From positions 1-40,853 of the forward strand of contig CAZZJH010000004.1 of NCBI GenBank assembly GCA_964654335.1: 40,853 bases of DNA. Reading direction: 5' to 3'. Below are positions 18,159 to 26,568 of the stretch, piece by piece (positions within the stretch are counted from its first letter, which is position 1; each line of letters begins with the position of its first letter). The translations under genes and the position numbers were made by a program. The notes under the pieces were generated by a model that made no database searches, had not been told where the DNA came from, and worked only from the letters and a program-made list of their open reading frames with translations. The stretch comes from an uncultured Acidimicrobium sp. (GTDB taxonomy: Bacteria > Actinomycetota > Acidimicrobiia > Acidimicrobiales > Ilumatobacteraceae).

Positions 18159-20388
18159 GTTTGGCGGTACGGAGACGGAGAGAGTTGGTCACCACGAACA
18201 CGCTGGAGAACGCCATCGCCAAACCAGCCCACATCGGGTTCATGTAGCCAAGTGCGGCGATGGGAATTGCTGCCGTGTTGTAAGCGAACGCCCAGAAGAC
18301 ATTTGCGGTAATCGTTCGCAAGGTGGCTCGAGACAACAGGATTGCATCGGAGACCAACCGCAGGTCGCCACTCACGATGGTCAAGTCGCTCGCATTCATC
18401 GCCACGTCAGTGCCAGTGCCCATCGCGATACCAACGTCGGCCTGAGCCAAGGCTGCGGCATCGTTCACTCCGTCACCCACCATTGCGACCGCATAACCGC
18501 GTTGCTGGAGATCTGCGACCACACGAACTTTCTCCGCCGGCAACACACCAGCAATCACGTGTTGCTCGTCGATTTCAATACCTACTTGCTCCGCTACCGC
18601 ATTAGCTGTCGCCTTGTTGTCACCTGTAAGCAGGACTGGCCGAAGACCGAGATTCCGCAGCTCGGCGACTGCAGCGGCACTGTTTGGTTTCGGGCGATCA
18701 GCAACGACACAAATCCCCTTCGCCGAACCACCGAAAGCCACGAGCACCGCAGTGTTGCCGGAGTTGCGCGCTTCAGCGAGACCATCGCGAAGTGGCTTGG
18801 AAATCATCACCAGGTTCTGCGACAGCAGTCCTTCACCGCCCACCATCACCCGCACACCATTCACGACTCCGCGGGTCCCCATGCCAGGAACATTTTCGAA
18901 CTGTTGCACGCTCTCCAGTGAGCCCAGTTCCGACTTGGCAGCGAGTGCAATGGCCTTGGCCACGGGATGTTCACTCGCCCACTCGACCGCACCTGCATAG
19001 CCGAGGACTTCTGCTCTCGTCGTTTCTGGTGAAAAGATGACGTCGACCAGCTGCATCACCCCGGTAGTCACCGTTCCGGTTTTGTCGAACACCACGGTGT
19101 CAACCCGCCGAGTGCTCTGCAGCACGTCTACTCCCTTGATCACGATGCCCATCTGGGCAGCTCGACCACTTCCCACCATCAATGCGGTAGGTGTGGCGAG
19201 ACCCAATGCGCAGGGGCAAGCAATGATGAGCACCGCAACGGCCGCAGTGAACGCATCCGACAACCGCTGAACGTCATCACCAAGGAACCACCATGCGGCA
19301 AAGGTGAGAACTGCAATACCAATCACCGATGGCACGAACACGCTGCTCACCCGATCCGCCAATTTCTGAACGGGTGCCTTGGTCGTCTGTGCGTCACGAA
19401 CCAATTTCGCCATCTGCGCGAATGTCGACTCTGCGCCCACTCGTCGAGCTCGCACCACTAGGCGCCCGGTCAGGTTCACCGTGGTGCCGGTAACTCGGTC
19501 TCCCACCTTTACATCTCGCGGAACACTTTCACCGGTAAGCATCGACTCATCGAGGGAAGAAAATCCTTCTTCCACGATTCCGTCTGCGGCGATGATTTCT
19601 CCTGGTCGAATCACGATCAGGTCATCGCGTTGAACTGCCGACGCATCAATTCGAACTTCCTCACCATCCCGAAGAATGGTGGCCTCACGAGCTCCCAAAG
19701 CAAGCAAGCTCCGCAATGCGTCGCCTGCTCGTCGCTTCGCCCGAGCCTCGAAGTACCGCCCCGCCAACAAGAAGACGGTGACGGCAACCGCTACTTCGAA
19801 ATAGACATGGACGCCACCATCCATTTCCATACCAGCGTGCGCTGTCACATCCCCCCAAATCAATGCCCACACCGACCACGCTGTGGCCGCAAAGACACCC
19901 AGTGAAATCAGTGTGTCCATCGTCGTGGAGCGATGTCGTGCGTTCATCAAGGCGGCCTTGTGGAATGGCCACGCTCCCCAGGTCACGACTGGCGCAGAAA
20001 ATGCAAGCGCCCACCACTGCCAGTCAGTGAATTGCAGTGACATGAACATTGACACCACTGCGACCGGGACTCCGAACACCAAACTCACGATCAAGCGAGT
20101 GCGGAGCATTTCGACCTTCTCCCGCACTTCAGCATCGAGCATGTCGGGGGTGGTGTCTTGCAAGAGGCGCGCGCCATAGCCAAGCGAAGAAACCGTCTCG
20201 ACCAATTTTTCGGTGTCGACTCTCGCGGGGTCGAAGCTCACCCGAGCAGATTCGGTGGCGAAATTCACCGTCGCAGAAACACCATCCAGGTTGTTCAAAC
20301 CCTTTTCAATTGACATTGCGCATGCATTGCAGGACATGCCAGTGATCGAAAGATCAAGGCTCTTTTCAGATGTACTAGTAGTTGTCAT
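18121..20388 (-). CDS. copA: Copper-translocating P1B-type ATPase
   Basis: It has an N-terminal HMA domain (GMSCNACA), a CPC transport motif ([13 protein letters not shown]), DKTGT (FDKTGTVT) and [10 protein letters not shown]. The ORF track start at 20466 reads through the tRNA-Lys gene. The real start is ATG 20388. Confidence 0.9.
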   Translation of the reverse strand: MTTTSTSEKSLDLSITGMSCNACAMSIEKGLNNLDGVSATVNFATESARVSFDPARVDTEKLVETVSSLGYGARLLQDTTPDMLDAEVREKVEMLRTRLIVSLVFGVPVAVVSMFMSLQFTDWQWWALAFSAPVVTWGAWPFHKAALMNARHRSTTMDTLISLGVFAATAWSVWALIWGDVTAHAGMEMDGGVHVYFEVAVAVTVFLLAGRYFEARAKRRAGDALRSLLALGAREATILRDGEEVRIDASAVQRDDLIVIRPGEIIAADGIVEEGFSSLDESMLTGESVPRDVKVGDRVTGTTVNLTGRLVVRARRVGAESTFAQMAKLVRDAQTTKAPVQKLADRVSSVFVPSVIGIAVLTFAAWWFLGDDVQRLSDAFTAAVAVLIIACPCALGLATPTALMVGSGRAAQMGIVIKGVDVLQSTRRVDTVVFDKTGTVTTGVMQLVDVIFSPETTRAEVLGYAGAVEWASEHPVAKAIALAAKSELGSLESVQQFENVPGMGTRGVVNGVRVMVGGEGLLSQNLVMISKPLRDGLAEARNSGNTAVLVAFGGSAKGICVVADRPKPNSAAAVAELRNLGLRPVLLTGDNKATANAVAEQVGIEIDEQHVIAGVLPAEKVRVVADLQQRGYAVAMVGDGVNDAAALAQADVGIAMGTGTDVAMNASDLTIVSGDLRLVSDAILLSRATLRTITANVFWAFAYNTAAIPIAALGYMNPMWAGLAMAFSSVFVVTNSLRLRTAKLTQHTAFVHATR

Positions 20389-20390
20389 CG

Positions 20391-20462
20391 TGGGTCGCCT
20401 GGGGCTCGAACCCAGAACCAACGGATTAAAAGTCCGGTGCTCTACCATTGAGCTAGCGACCC
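20391..20462 (-). tRNA. tRNA-Lys (anticodon UUU)
   Basis: The reverse complement GGGTCGCTAGCTCAATGGTAGAGCACCGGACTTTTAATCCGTTGGTTCTGGGTTCGAGCCCCAGGCGACCCA folds as a cloverleaf. The acceptor is GGGTCGC/GCGACCC, the anticodon loop CTTTTAA and the T arm CTGGG/CCCAG. One 27:43 mismatch occurs in the anticodon stem. CCA is not encoded. Confidence 0.9.
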
Positions 20463-20659
20463 TCAACGCGTACCGGAACTCGGAGTGACACTCCTAAAGA
20501 CTCCGAAACTAACGCCCCTTGAGTTTACGCCCCTGCCTCCTTGCTTATCTCGCTGTACACATTCTCAAAGGCACCTTCCGAGAGAGGCACAGGATGGCGA
20601 TCAGCGAGCAATCTCGATTTGAGATGCACCTTTAACTATGCAAATTCCTGGGGGACAAC

Positions 20660-20878
20660 GTGGCTAATTCGCTTATGGAACACCTTCCGCCTGTGGGATG
20701 GGGCGAAGTTGCACAGAAAAGTGATGTCAATCATGTTCAGCTTCGACTCAATCTCGTCGAAAAGCAGCTGAATAGATTGTCGAGTTTTTTCAGGGTGTTA
20801 ATTGGCTTACTCCTCTCAGCATCGGTTGCGATTGTCATCCTGCTGATCCAGGTCAATCAGAGTCTCTCCAGCCTGTAA
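20660..20878 (+). CDS. Small membrane-anchored hypothetical protein (72 aa)
   Basis: The N-terminal LPPVGWGEVAQKSDV is followed by a short helical segment and one C-terminal TM helix (FFRVLIGLLLSASVAIVILLI). It has a GTG start, with an alternative ATG at 20675. It is the only plausible ORF in the 495-nt gap upstream of the nuclease-helicase gene. Confidence 0.35.
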   Translation: MANSLMEHLPPVGWGEVAQKSDVNHVQLRLNLVEKQLNRLSSFFRVLIGLLLSASVAIVILLIQVNQSLSSL

Positions 20879-20957
20879 ACACTCACTTTCTGGGTGGATG
20901 ATGGTCGGGCTCCAGCACCACTTACCCTGCAGCACCGCTCCACTAGTTTCATGAGAA

Positions 20958-23900
20958 ATGCAAAAGATCGATGGTGTCACAGTTCTCAGTCCGTCAGATC
21001 TTTCGAACCACTTGGCTTGTCACCACCTTTCACACCTGAACTTTCGAACCATGAATGGTGGGCCCAAACCACCAAAAGACGATGACGAACTCACTGAGAT
21101 TCTGCAGAAATACGGTGCGGAACACGAGTCTCGTTACCTTCAAGCCCTGCAGTCTCAATTAGCTGAGGTTGGCAAATCCGTTGTTGATCTAGATGTTCAA
21201 CGCTCCGGGCACGGCTCCTACACCACCGTAGAAATTGAGGCTCGCGCAGATGAGGTAGCGCAGGCATTTCATCGCGGACCAAACGCGCTGTATCAACCAA
21301 CATTTTTCAATCGCGATGGCGAGGTCAGCTGGATTGGCCGAGCCGACTTCCTCATACCGAAAGATCTTCCATCAGAACTTGGCAACTACGCGTTCGAGCC
21401 ATACGACACGAAACTGGCGAGAATCGCGAAGGTCAATGCGTTGTTGCAGTTGTGCTCATACGCAGAGCAGATCCAAGCAATTCAAGGCACGGCTCCAGAC
21501 GAAGTCCACATCGTTACTGGCTCCTCCAAAGAAGGAACTGTCTCAGTGCGCTTGTCCGAGGTGTCTGCCTACTTTCGTCATGTCAAGCAGGCATTTCAAA
21601 ATTCCTTAGCCAATAACTTTCATGACTCCACCGAACCGGCGCCTGTTGAGCACTGTGGAATTTGTCGCTGGAGTCGAGTTTGCACCAAGACATGGCGCGA
21701 AAACGACGACGTCACATTCGTAGCCGGAGTCACCAACAGTTATCGCGACATACTTCGTCAAGCGGGCCTTCCATCACTGCCAGACCTTGCAGGAGCATCC
21801 ACCTCGCCCACCGACTTGCGACCAGAGGCTTTCGAACGTCTCCAATTGCAGGCCCGATTGCAATTGGCAACTCGTGATGCGAAGACGGCCAACCCCTTAG
21901 CAAAACCGCTCTACGAATTCATTCGTCCCTTGAAAGAACGGCGAGGGTTCAACTTGCTACCCGAGCCAGCGCCCGGTGACATCTTCTACGACATTGAAGG
22001 TCACCCCTATCGAGGCGAAGAAGGTCTCGAGTATCTCCATGGCTTGGCTTGGGTGGATGACCATGGCTCATTGCACTACAAGGCCATCTGGGCGCACGAT
22101 GAGGACAGTGAGCGAATTGCGCTGCAACAGGTGGTGGACTTCATCTACGAGCGCATCACCGAGCCTGGTGGAAGCAAATTGCGCGTTTATCACTTTGGTC
22201 ATTATGAACCTTCTGCTCTGCGCAGACTTTCAACGAGATACGCAACCTACGAAACAAAGCTCGAACGCTTGTTTCGAGAATCACGTTTTGTCGATCTTTC
22301 TCGTGTTGTCACTCAATCACTTCGAATTGGTGTGGAGTCATATTCGATCAAGAAACTCGAGGAGCTTTATGAGTTCACTCGCGACGATCTCGTAGAAGAT
22401 GGCGGCCTCAGCATCATCCATTACGAACACTGGATCAACTCCAGGGAAACTGAAAAGTTCGGCCACGATGGCGATGTTTCGATCCTTGATGAATTGGTCA
22501 AATACAACCGAAACGATTGTTTTTCAACCATTCACCTTCGAACATGGCTGGAGGAAAAGCGGGCAGAGTTTTCGTCAACACTTAACGAGGAAGAGTCGCG
22601 GCAGCTGGTGCGCCCGATCCTCAATGTGGTGGACAATGACGAATCCATTGGCACTGGGCTCGTTTCGCAACTGAACATTGGTCGTTTTGACCCTGACCTC
22701 AGCGAAGAAGACACGCAGCGATTGGAGCATCGCTGGCTGATGGCTGACTTGCTTGACTTCCATAAACGTGAACGATCCGTCGAGGTATTCGAGTTTCTTC
22801 AAATGGTGAATAAGACTGATGCAGAACTGTTCGATGACCCAAATGTGATTGCTGGCCTCGAGTTTGTGAGTGAATTGGAGAGTATGCCAGCTGCAGGTCG
22901 ACGAAATCATGCCGTAATTCGCAGATACCGATTTGATCCAAACCAACTGACGAAACTCGATAGTGGAGATCAAGTAACCGCTACCAACTATTACTCGCCA
23001 CCAAGTCCAGATGGTGAACGGTTGGCAAAGCCTTCGATCTCCTTTGAACGATTGGATGTAGATCGTGGAATTGTCGATCTACGTATTTCGTCCGCCACGC
23101 TTCCCATTCCGGATCCTGTCGCCATATTCGAAAACAAATCGGTCAACAAAAAGGGCTTCGAAGATGCTCTCTTAGAATTTGCAACTCTCGTGCATGAGAG
23201 CGAAGACTCGACATACCGAGCGTCGCACGATCTACTGCGACGCACGCCGCCCCGCCTCCGATCACACTCGCTTATCGAAGAAACCGATCAAGGTGAAATT
23301 GGATGGGAGTCCATCAGTGAAATTGCAGATGATTTAGATCAGTCATATTTTGTGATCCAGGGCCCCCCAGGGACGGGCAAGACGTACTCGTCGGCGAAAG
23401 CGATCTTGCAGCTGGTTCGCAACGGGCACCGAGTAGGTATTGCGGCCAATACACATAACGCAGTCGAACAACTACTCTCCGAGATAGCGGATCACGCCGG
23501 CTTGTTTGGATTTACGAGCGACGATCCACTGAAGGTTTTGCACAAACCTCGCGACGGAGTCGACTCGGCATTTCTTCCTACTACGCCTGACGTCACAGTG
23601 ACTGCAAAAACAGACAACAGCAAGGTCAGCGCTGAGGTGGCAAACCATCACTTAGTGGCAGGAACGAGCTTTCTGTTCACCAGCTCTGCAATGCGCGGCC
23701 GAGTTGACATTCTGTTCATTGATGAAGCCGGCCAACTCTCGTTGGCTGACACTCTCGGCGCATCTCTCTCGGCGCGAAACGTAGTGCTCGTGGGCGATCC
23801 GCAGCAGCTGAAGCAACCGACCAAAGCCGCACACCCAGGGCATTCGGGGCTCTCAGGTCTTGAATACATCAATCAGGAAGCTGATGTGGTGCCTCCAGAT

Positions 23901-24569
23901 TTCGGCGTGCTATTGAACATGACTCGACGTATGCACCCATCGATCACAACCTTCATTTCTGAACAGGTCTACGAAGGCAAGTTGAACTCCGAAAGTTCTT
24001 GCTCGCTACAGCAGATTGGAGGTGAGGATGAGTTCTCGGGTGCTGGTTTGCGGTGGATCCCAGTCGAACATGTCGCGAGATCTACGTATTCGCCTGAAGA
24101 GTGCGAGGTAATTGTTGCCCTTTATTACCGCTTACTTGGAAAGCCATTCACCGAAAGGTCAGGCAAATCGCGATTGATGACGAGCGAAGACCTCTTTGTC
24201 ATTGCTCCTTATAACCATCAAACGCATAAGTTGCGACAGGGGCTACTCGCTCACCCTGAAGCATCGATTCACGATGTAACTGAGGAACTCGTCAAGCGAC
24301 GGGTCGGAACAGTGGACAAGGCACAAGGCGACGAAGCCCCGGTTGTGATTATTTCCTACACCTCATCAAGTGCTGACGACGTCCCAAGAGGAATGGAGTT
24401 TCACTACAGCAAGAACCGCTTCAATGTTGCAGTGTCCCGTGCGAAAGCTCTTGCCATCGTCGTGGCCAATCCGCGTTTGCTCGATGTGACATGCAAGACA
24501 ATTCAACAAGTGAAGCTTGCCAACATGCTGTGCCGCTATGCCGAAGTGGCCGACACCGTCCTGCTCTAA
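20958..24569 (+). CDS. Three-domain nuclease-helicase: Cas4/RecB-type PD-(D/E)XK nuclease, RNase-H-like (TM0106-family) module and SF1B DNA2/NAM7-type helicase
   Basis: aa 1-250 carry GRADFL, EPYDTK and QLCSYAE plus Cys21 and CGICRWSRVC (C-x2-C-x5-C). aa ~340-535 carry FYDIEGHP, YHFGHYE and YNRNDC. aa ~790-1180 carry the helicase motifs:
- Walker A GPPGTGKT (nt 23361-23384)
- FIDEAGQ
- LVGDPQQL
- TRRMHP
- GTVDKAQGDE
- RFNVAVSRAK. Confidence 0.85.
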   Translation: MQKIDGVTVLSPSDLSNHLACHHLSHLNFRTMNGGPKPPKDDDELTEILQKYGAEHESRYLQALQSQLAEVGKSVVDLDVQRSGHGSYTTVEIEARADEVAQAFHRGPNALYQPTFFNRDGEVSWIGRADFLIPKDLPSELGNYAFEPYDTKLARIAKVNALLQLCSYAEQIQAIQGTAPDEVHIVTGSSKEGTVSVRLSEVSAYFRHVKQAFQNSLANNFHDSTEPAPVEHCGICRWSRVCTKTWRENDDVTFVAGVTNSYRDILRQAGLPSLPDLAGASTSPTDLRPEAFERLQLQARLQLATRDAKTANPLAKPLYEFIRPLKERRGFNLLPEPAPGDIFYDIEGHPYRGEEGLEYLHGLAWVDDHGSLHYKAIWAHDEDSERIALQQVVDFIYERITEPGGSKLRVYHFGHYEPSALRRLSTRYATYETKLERLFRESRFVDLSRVVTQSLRIGVESYSIKKLEELYEFTRDDLVEDGGLSIIHYEHWINSRETEKFGHDGDVSILDELVKYNRNDCFSTIHLRTWLEEKRAEFSSTLNEEESRQLVRPILNVVDNDESIGTGLVSQLNIGRFDPDLSEEDTQRLEHRWLMADLLDFHKRERSVEVFEFLQMVNKTDAELFDDPNVIAGLEFVSELESMPAAGRRNHAVIRRYRFDPNQLTKLDSGDQVTATNYYSPPSPDGERLAKPSISFERLDVDRGIVDLRISSATLPIPDPVAIFENKSVNKKGFEDALLEFATLVHESEDSTYRASHDLLRRTPPRLRSHSLIEETDQGEIGWESISEIADDLDQSYFVIQGPPGTGKTYSSAKAILQLVRNGHRVGIAANTHNAVEQLLSEIADHAGLFGFTSDDPLKVLHKPRDGVDSAFLPTTPDVTVTAKTDNSKVSAEVANHHLVAGTSFLFTSSAMRGRVDILFIDEAGQLSLADTLGASLSARNVVLVGDPQQLKQPTKAAHPGHSGLSGLEYINQEADVVPPDFGVLLNMTRRMHPSITTFISEQVYEGKLNSESSCSLQQIGGEDEFSGAGLRWIPVEHVARSTYSPEECEVIVALYYRLLGKPFTERSGKSRLMTSEDLFVIAPYNHQTHKLRQGLLAHPEASIHDVTEELVKRRVGTVDKAQGDEAPVVIISYTSSSADDVPRGMEFHYSKNRFNVAVSRAKALAIVVANPRLLDVTCKTIQQVKLANMLCRYAEVADTVLL

Positions 24570-25243
24570 CCGCCAACTTCCCTTATTGCCGCTACGTAGT
24601 TGCAGTTTCCACATTTCATGCCCGGCTTCGGCATCTCACCCAGTAGCACCTTCGCCACATTTGAAATAAACGTGTTGAACTTGTTTGGATCACGATCAAC
24701 CGGCTCGTAAGCAGTGGGAAACGAGATCATCGGATCAGTGGAGCCGTCATAAGCAACTTCACCGACTGCCCATACCATCAAGCCAAGCGTCTCAACTTCT
24801 CGAGGGTCGCCCATTGCTGGATTGGCGAGGATGTAGTCATAGGCAGCGAGTTGAGGCCAATAAAAATCGCCTTTCCCGTTGTTCTTCCCAACAATCTTGG
24901 TGTCGATGATCCCAAAAGTGCCGTGGTCATAACGCAACAAAAAGTCGTACTTCCCCACAAGCGAGAACGGAGTCTCTTCACCATCGACCAAGATTGGCGA
25001 ACTCTGCACCTTTAGCCCGGTGCTGTCAACCACTCCATTGGGAAGGGCGTCAGAGAAATGGTGTGACGACTTGTCCTTGTACCACTTCTCCTGCCGCGAC
25101 GACAGGGACGTCACCAGCCCTGGCATCATCCCCGAAGCAACTATCCCGAATCGATACTTCAACCAGAAGCATCTCTTGCAATCGCTCCACGAGAAGGTGA
25201 GATCAGAAGGGCTAATGGTCGTCTTGGCAAATTGAATACTCAT
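24566..25243 (-). CDS. Stand-alone Cas4-like PD-(D/E)XK nuclease with four cysteines
   Basis: From MSIQFAK the motifs are ISPSDL, C-x2-C (CKRCFW), GKYDFLL, GIIDTKIV (D-x-K), QLAAYDY (Q-x3-Y) and a C-terminal C-x2-C (CGNCNY). I chose the ATG at 25243. The ORF track start at 25324 would overlap the divergent methyltransferase gene. Its stop overlaps the stop of the 1203-aa gene (CTAA). Confidence 0.7.
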   Translation of the reverse strand: MSIQFAKTTISPSDLTFSWSDCKRCFWLKYRFGIVASGMMPGLVTSLSSRQEKWYKDKSSHHFSDALPNGVVDSTGLKVQSSPILVDGEETPFSLVGKYDFLLRYDHGTFGIIDTKIVGKNNGKGDFYWPQLAAYDYILANPAMGDPREVETLGLMVWAVGEVAYDGSTDPMISFPTAYEPVDRDPNKFNTFISNVAKVLLGEMPKPGMKCGNCNYVAAIREVGG

Positions 25244-25268
25244 ATGAGAACCAACAGTCTCCCACGAA

Positions 25269-26156
25269 GTGACGCCATCACATATCGTGGGGACACTGAT
25301 GAGAACTGCACGGAAGCAAGGCAACCGTCGAAAGACAGGGAAAGAGCAGTACTACACCCCGCCTGCCACAGCATCGGCAATCGTCTCTCGACTCATCCAA
25401 CATGTGCCGCTTGCTCGCGAACGCACCTGGATTGAACCCGCTGGCGGCACCGGATCCTTCATTGAAGCAGCACGAGCAATGGGAGTAGAGAGCGTCATTA
25501 GTTACGACATCGAACCGCACCACCCAGAAGTGAAGCGGGGCAACTTTCTCAAGCAAAAGCTCAAGTTGGCGGGGGCGGTAGCCGTCGGCAATCCTCCTTT
25601 CGGTCGCAACAATGCTCTCTCAGTCCCATTTTTCAATGCATGTGCAAAGCATTGCGATGCAATTTGTTTCATCGTGCCAAAGTCATGGCGCAAGTGGTCG
25701 GTCATCAATCGGTTGGATCAGTCGTTTCACCTCATCGATGACTATGAACTACAGATCAACTACGACGATGTCCGAGGAAATGAACTCTCGGAAAAGTTCT
25801 GGCTGAACACCGTGGTGCAGACATGGGAGCGACGAGAGGATCCCCGCGGCAAGATTTCAGTTGAAGACCGAGGCGTCGTTAAACGTGCCACTCCTCGCAC
25901 CGCCGATGTGTCGCTCACCATCTTTGGATTCAGTTGTGGAACTTTGAAGACCGAGTTTTCACGCAAGCCGAACACCACGCAGATCTTCCTGACCCTTCAT
26001 CACCCTCGAGCGCTCGAAGCACTCGAAAATGTCGACTACTCGCGCTTTTCTCAAAACACTGCCTACACGGCGGCGCTCTCTATACAGGAAATCAATTACC
26101 TCCTGAACGAGTACCTGTTCGGTGAATCGGGCCTGATCGTCAAACAACTCGTCTAA
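25269..26156 (+). CDS. Gamma-class N6-adenine DNA methyltransferase (small, stand-alone)
   Basis: The motif order is X-I-IV: QYYTPP, IEPAGGTGSF, YDIEP and GNPPFG (nt 25590-25601). About 170 aa follow as a putative target-recognition domain. Candidate starts are GTG 25269, GTG 25287 and ATG 25299. Confidence 0.8.
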   Translation: MTPSHIVGTLMRTARKQGNRRKTGKEQYYTPPATASAIVSRLIQHVPLARERTWIEPAGGTGSFIEAARAMGVESVISYDIEPHHPEVKRGNFLKQKLKLAGAVAVGNPPFGRNNALSVPFFNACAKHCDAICFIVPKSWRKWSVINRLDQSFHLIDDYELQINYDDVRGNELSEKFWLNTVVQTWERREDPRGKISVEDRGVVKRATPRTADVSLTIFGFSCGTLKTEFSRKPNTTQIFLTLHHPRALEALENVDYSRFSQNTAYTAALSIQEINYLLNEYLFGESGLIVKQLV

Positions 26157-26518
26157 GGCCTGGTGCTGTCGATCACCCAACGTTCGAATTCTGGGGAACC
26201 TGCCTCGAATTGCACGATCGAGATCGCTGGTAAGTCATAGGAATGCAACTGACCGATTACTTCGGCAACCTCTGCTTGTCGATCTTTTGCAGTCTTGACG
26301 AGGAGCATCACTTCGGTTTCCTGTTCCAACTCGTCGTTCCAAAGAAACGCACTTGAAACCGGCCAGGAGTTGCCGCAAGCAATCAATCTCTTCTCGAGAA
26401 GTGTCGAGCGAATCAAGTTCGCCTCGGCTTCGTCCACACACGTGACGAAGACATCGACGAGTGCCACGAGTAGAACGGTACCTTCATCGGCCTGACGAAT
26501 GAAGGGGTGCACGATCAT
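26153..26518 (-). CDS. cutA: Divalent-cation tolerance protein CutA
   Basis: The CutA1 pattern is present: FVTCVDEAEA...LIACGNSWPVSSAFLW..E...E.MLLVKT...HSYDLPAI. I chose the ATG at 26518, because the ORF track N-terminal extension lacks similarity. Its stop overlaps the methyltransferase stop (CTAA). Confidence 0.75.
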   Translation of the reverse strand: MIVHPFIRQADEGTVLLVALVDVFVTCVDEAEANLIRSTLLEKRLIACGNSWPVSSAFLWNDELEQETEVMLLVKTAKDRQAEVAEVIGQLHSYDLPAISIVQFEAGSPEFERWVIDSTRP

Positions 26519-26568
26519 CCAAATACCCGATCGGTACAATCGCTCATGGCCTTCCGCGCCGCCCACTC

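Noticed and set aside
20389-20466. The N-terminal 26 codons of the 781-aa ORF ([26 protein letters not shown]) as part of the copper ATPase
   Set aside because: This stretch is the tRNA-Lys gene read as protein. [15 protein letters not shown] is the typical translation of a tRNA T-arm. The ATPase starts at ATG 20388.
20391-26160. Calling the tRNA-Lys-adjacent block a mobile element or prophage
   Set aside because: I found no integrase, transposase, excisionase, phage structural gene or flanking direct repeat. Only composition and gene content suggest horizontal origin, so no mobile_element feature is reported.
18121-26518. A functional link between cutA (cation tolerance) and the copper ATPase
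   Set aside because: The two genes are 5.7 kb apart and separated by the tRNA and the inserted block. The role of CutA in copper handling is itself doubtful. Proximity is probably coincidental, or a pre-insertion neighbourhood at most.
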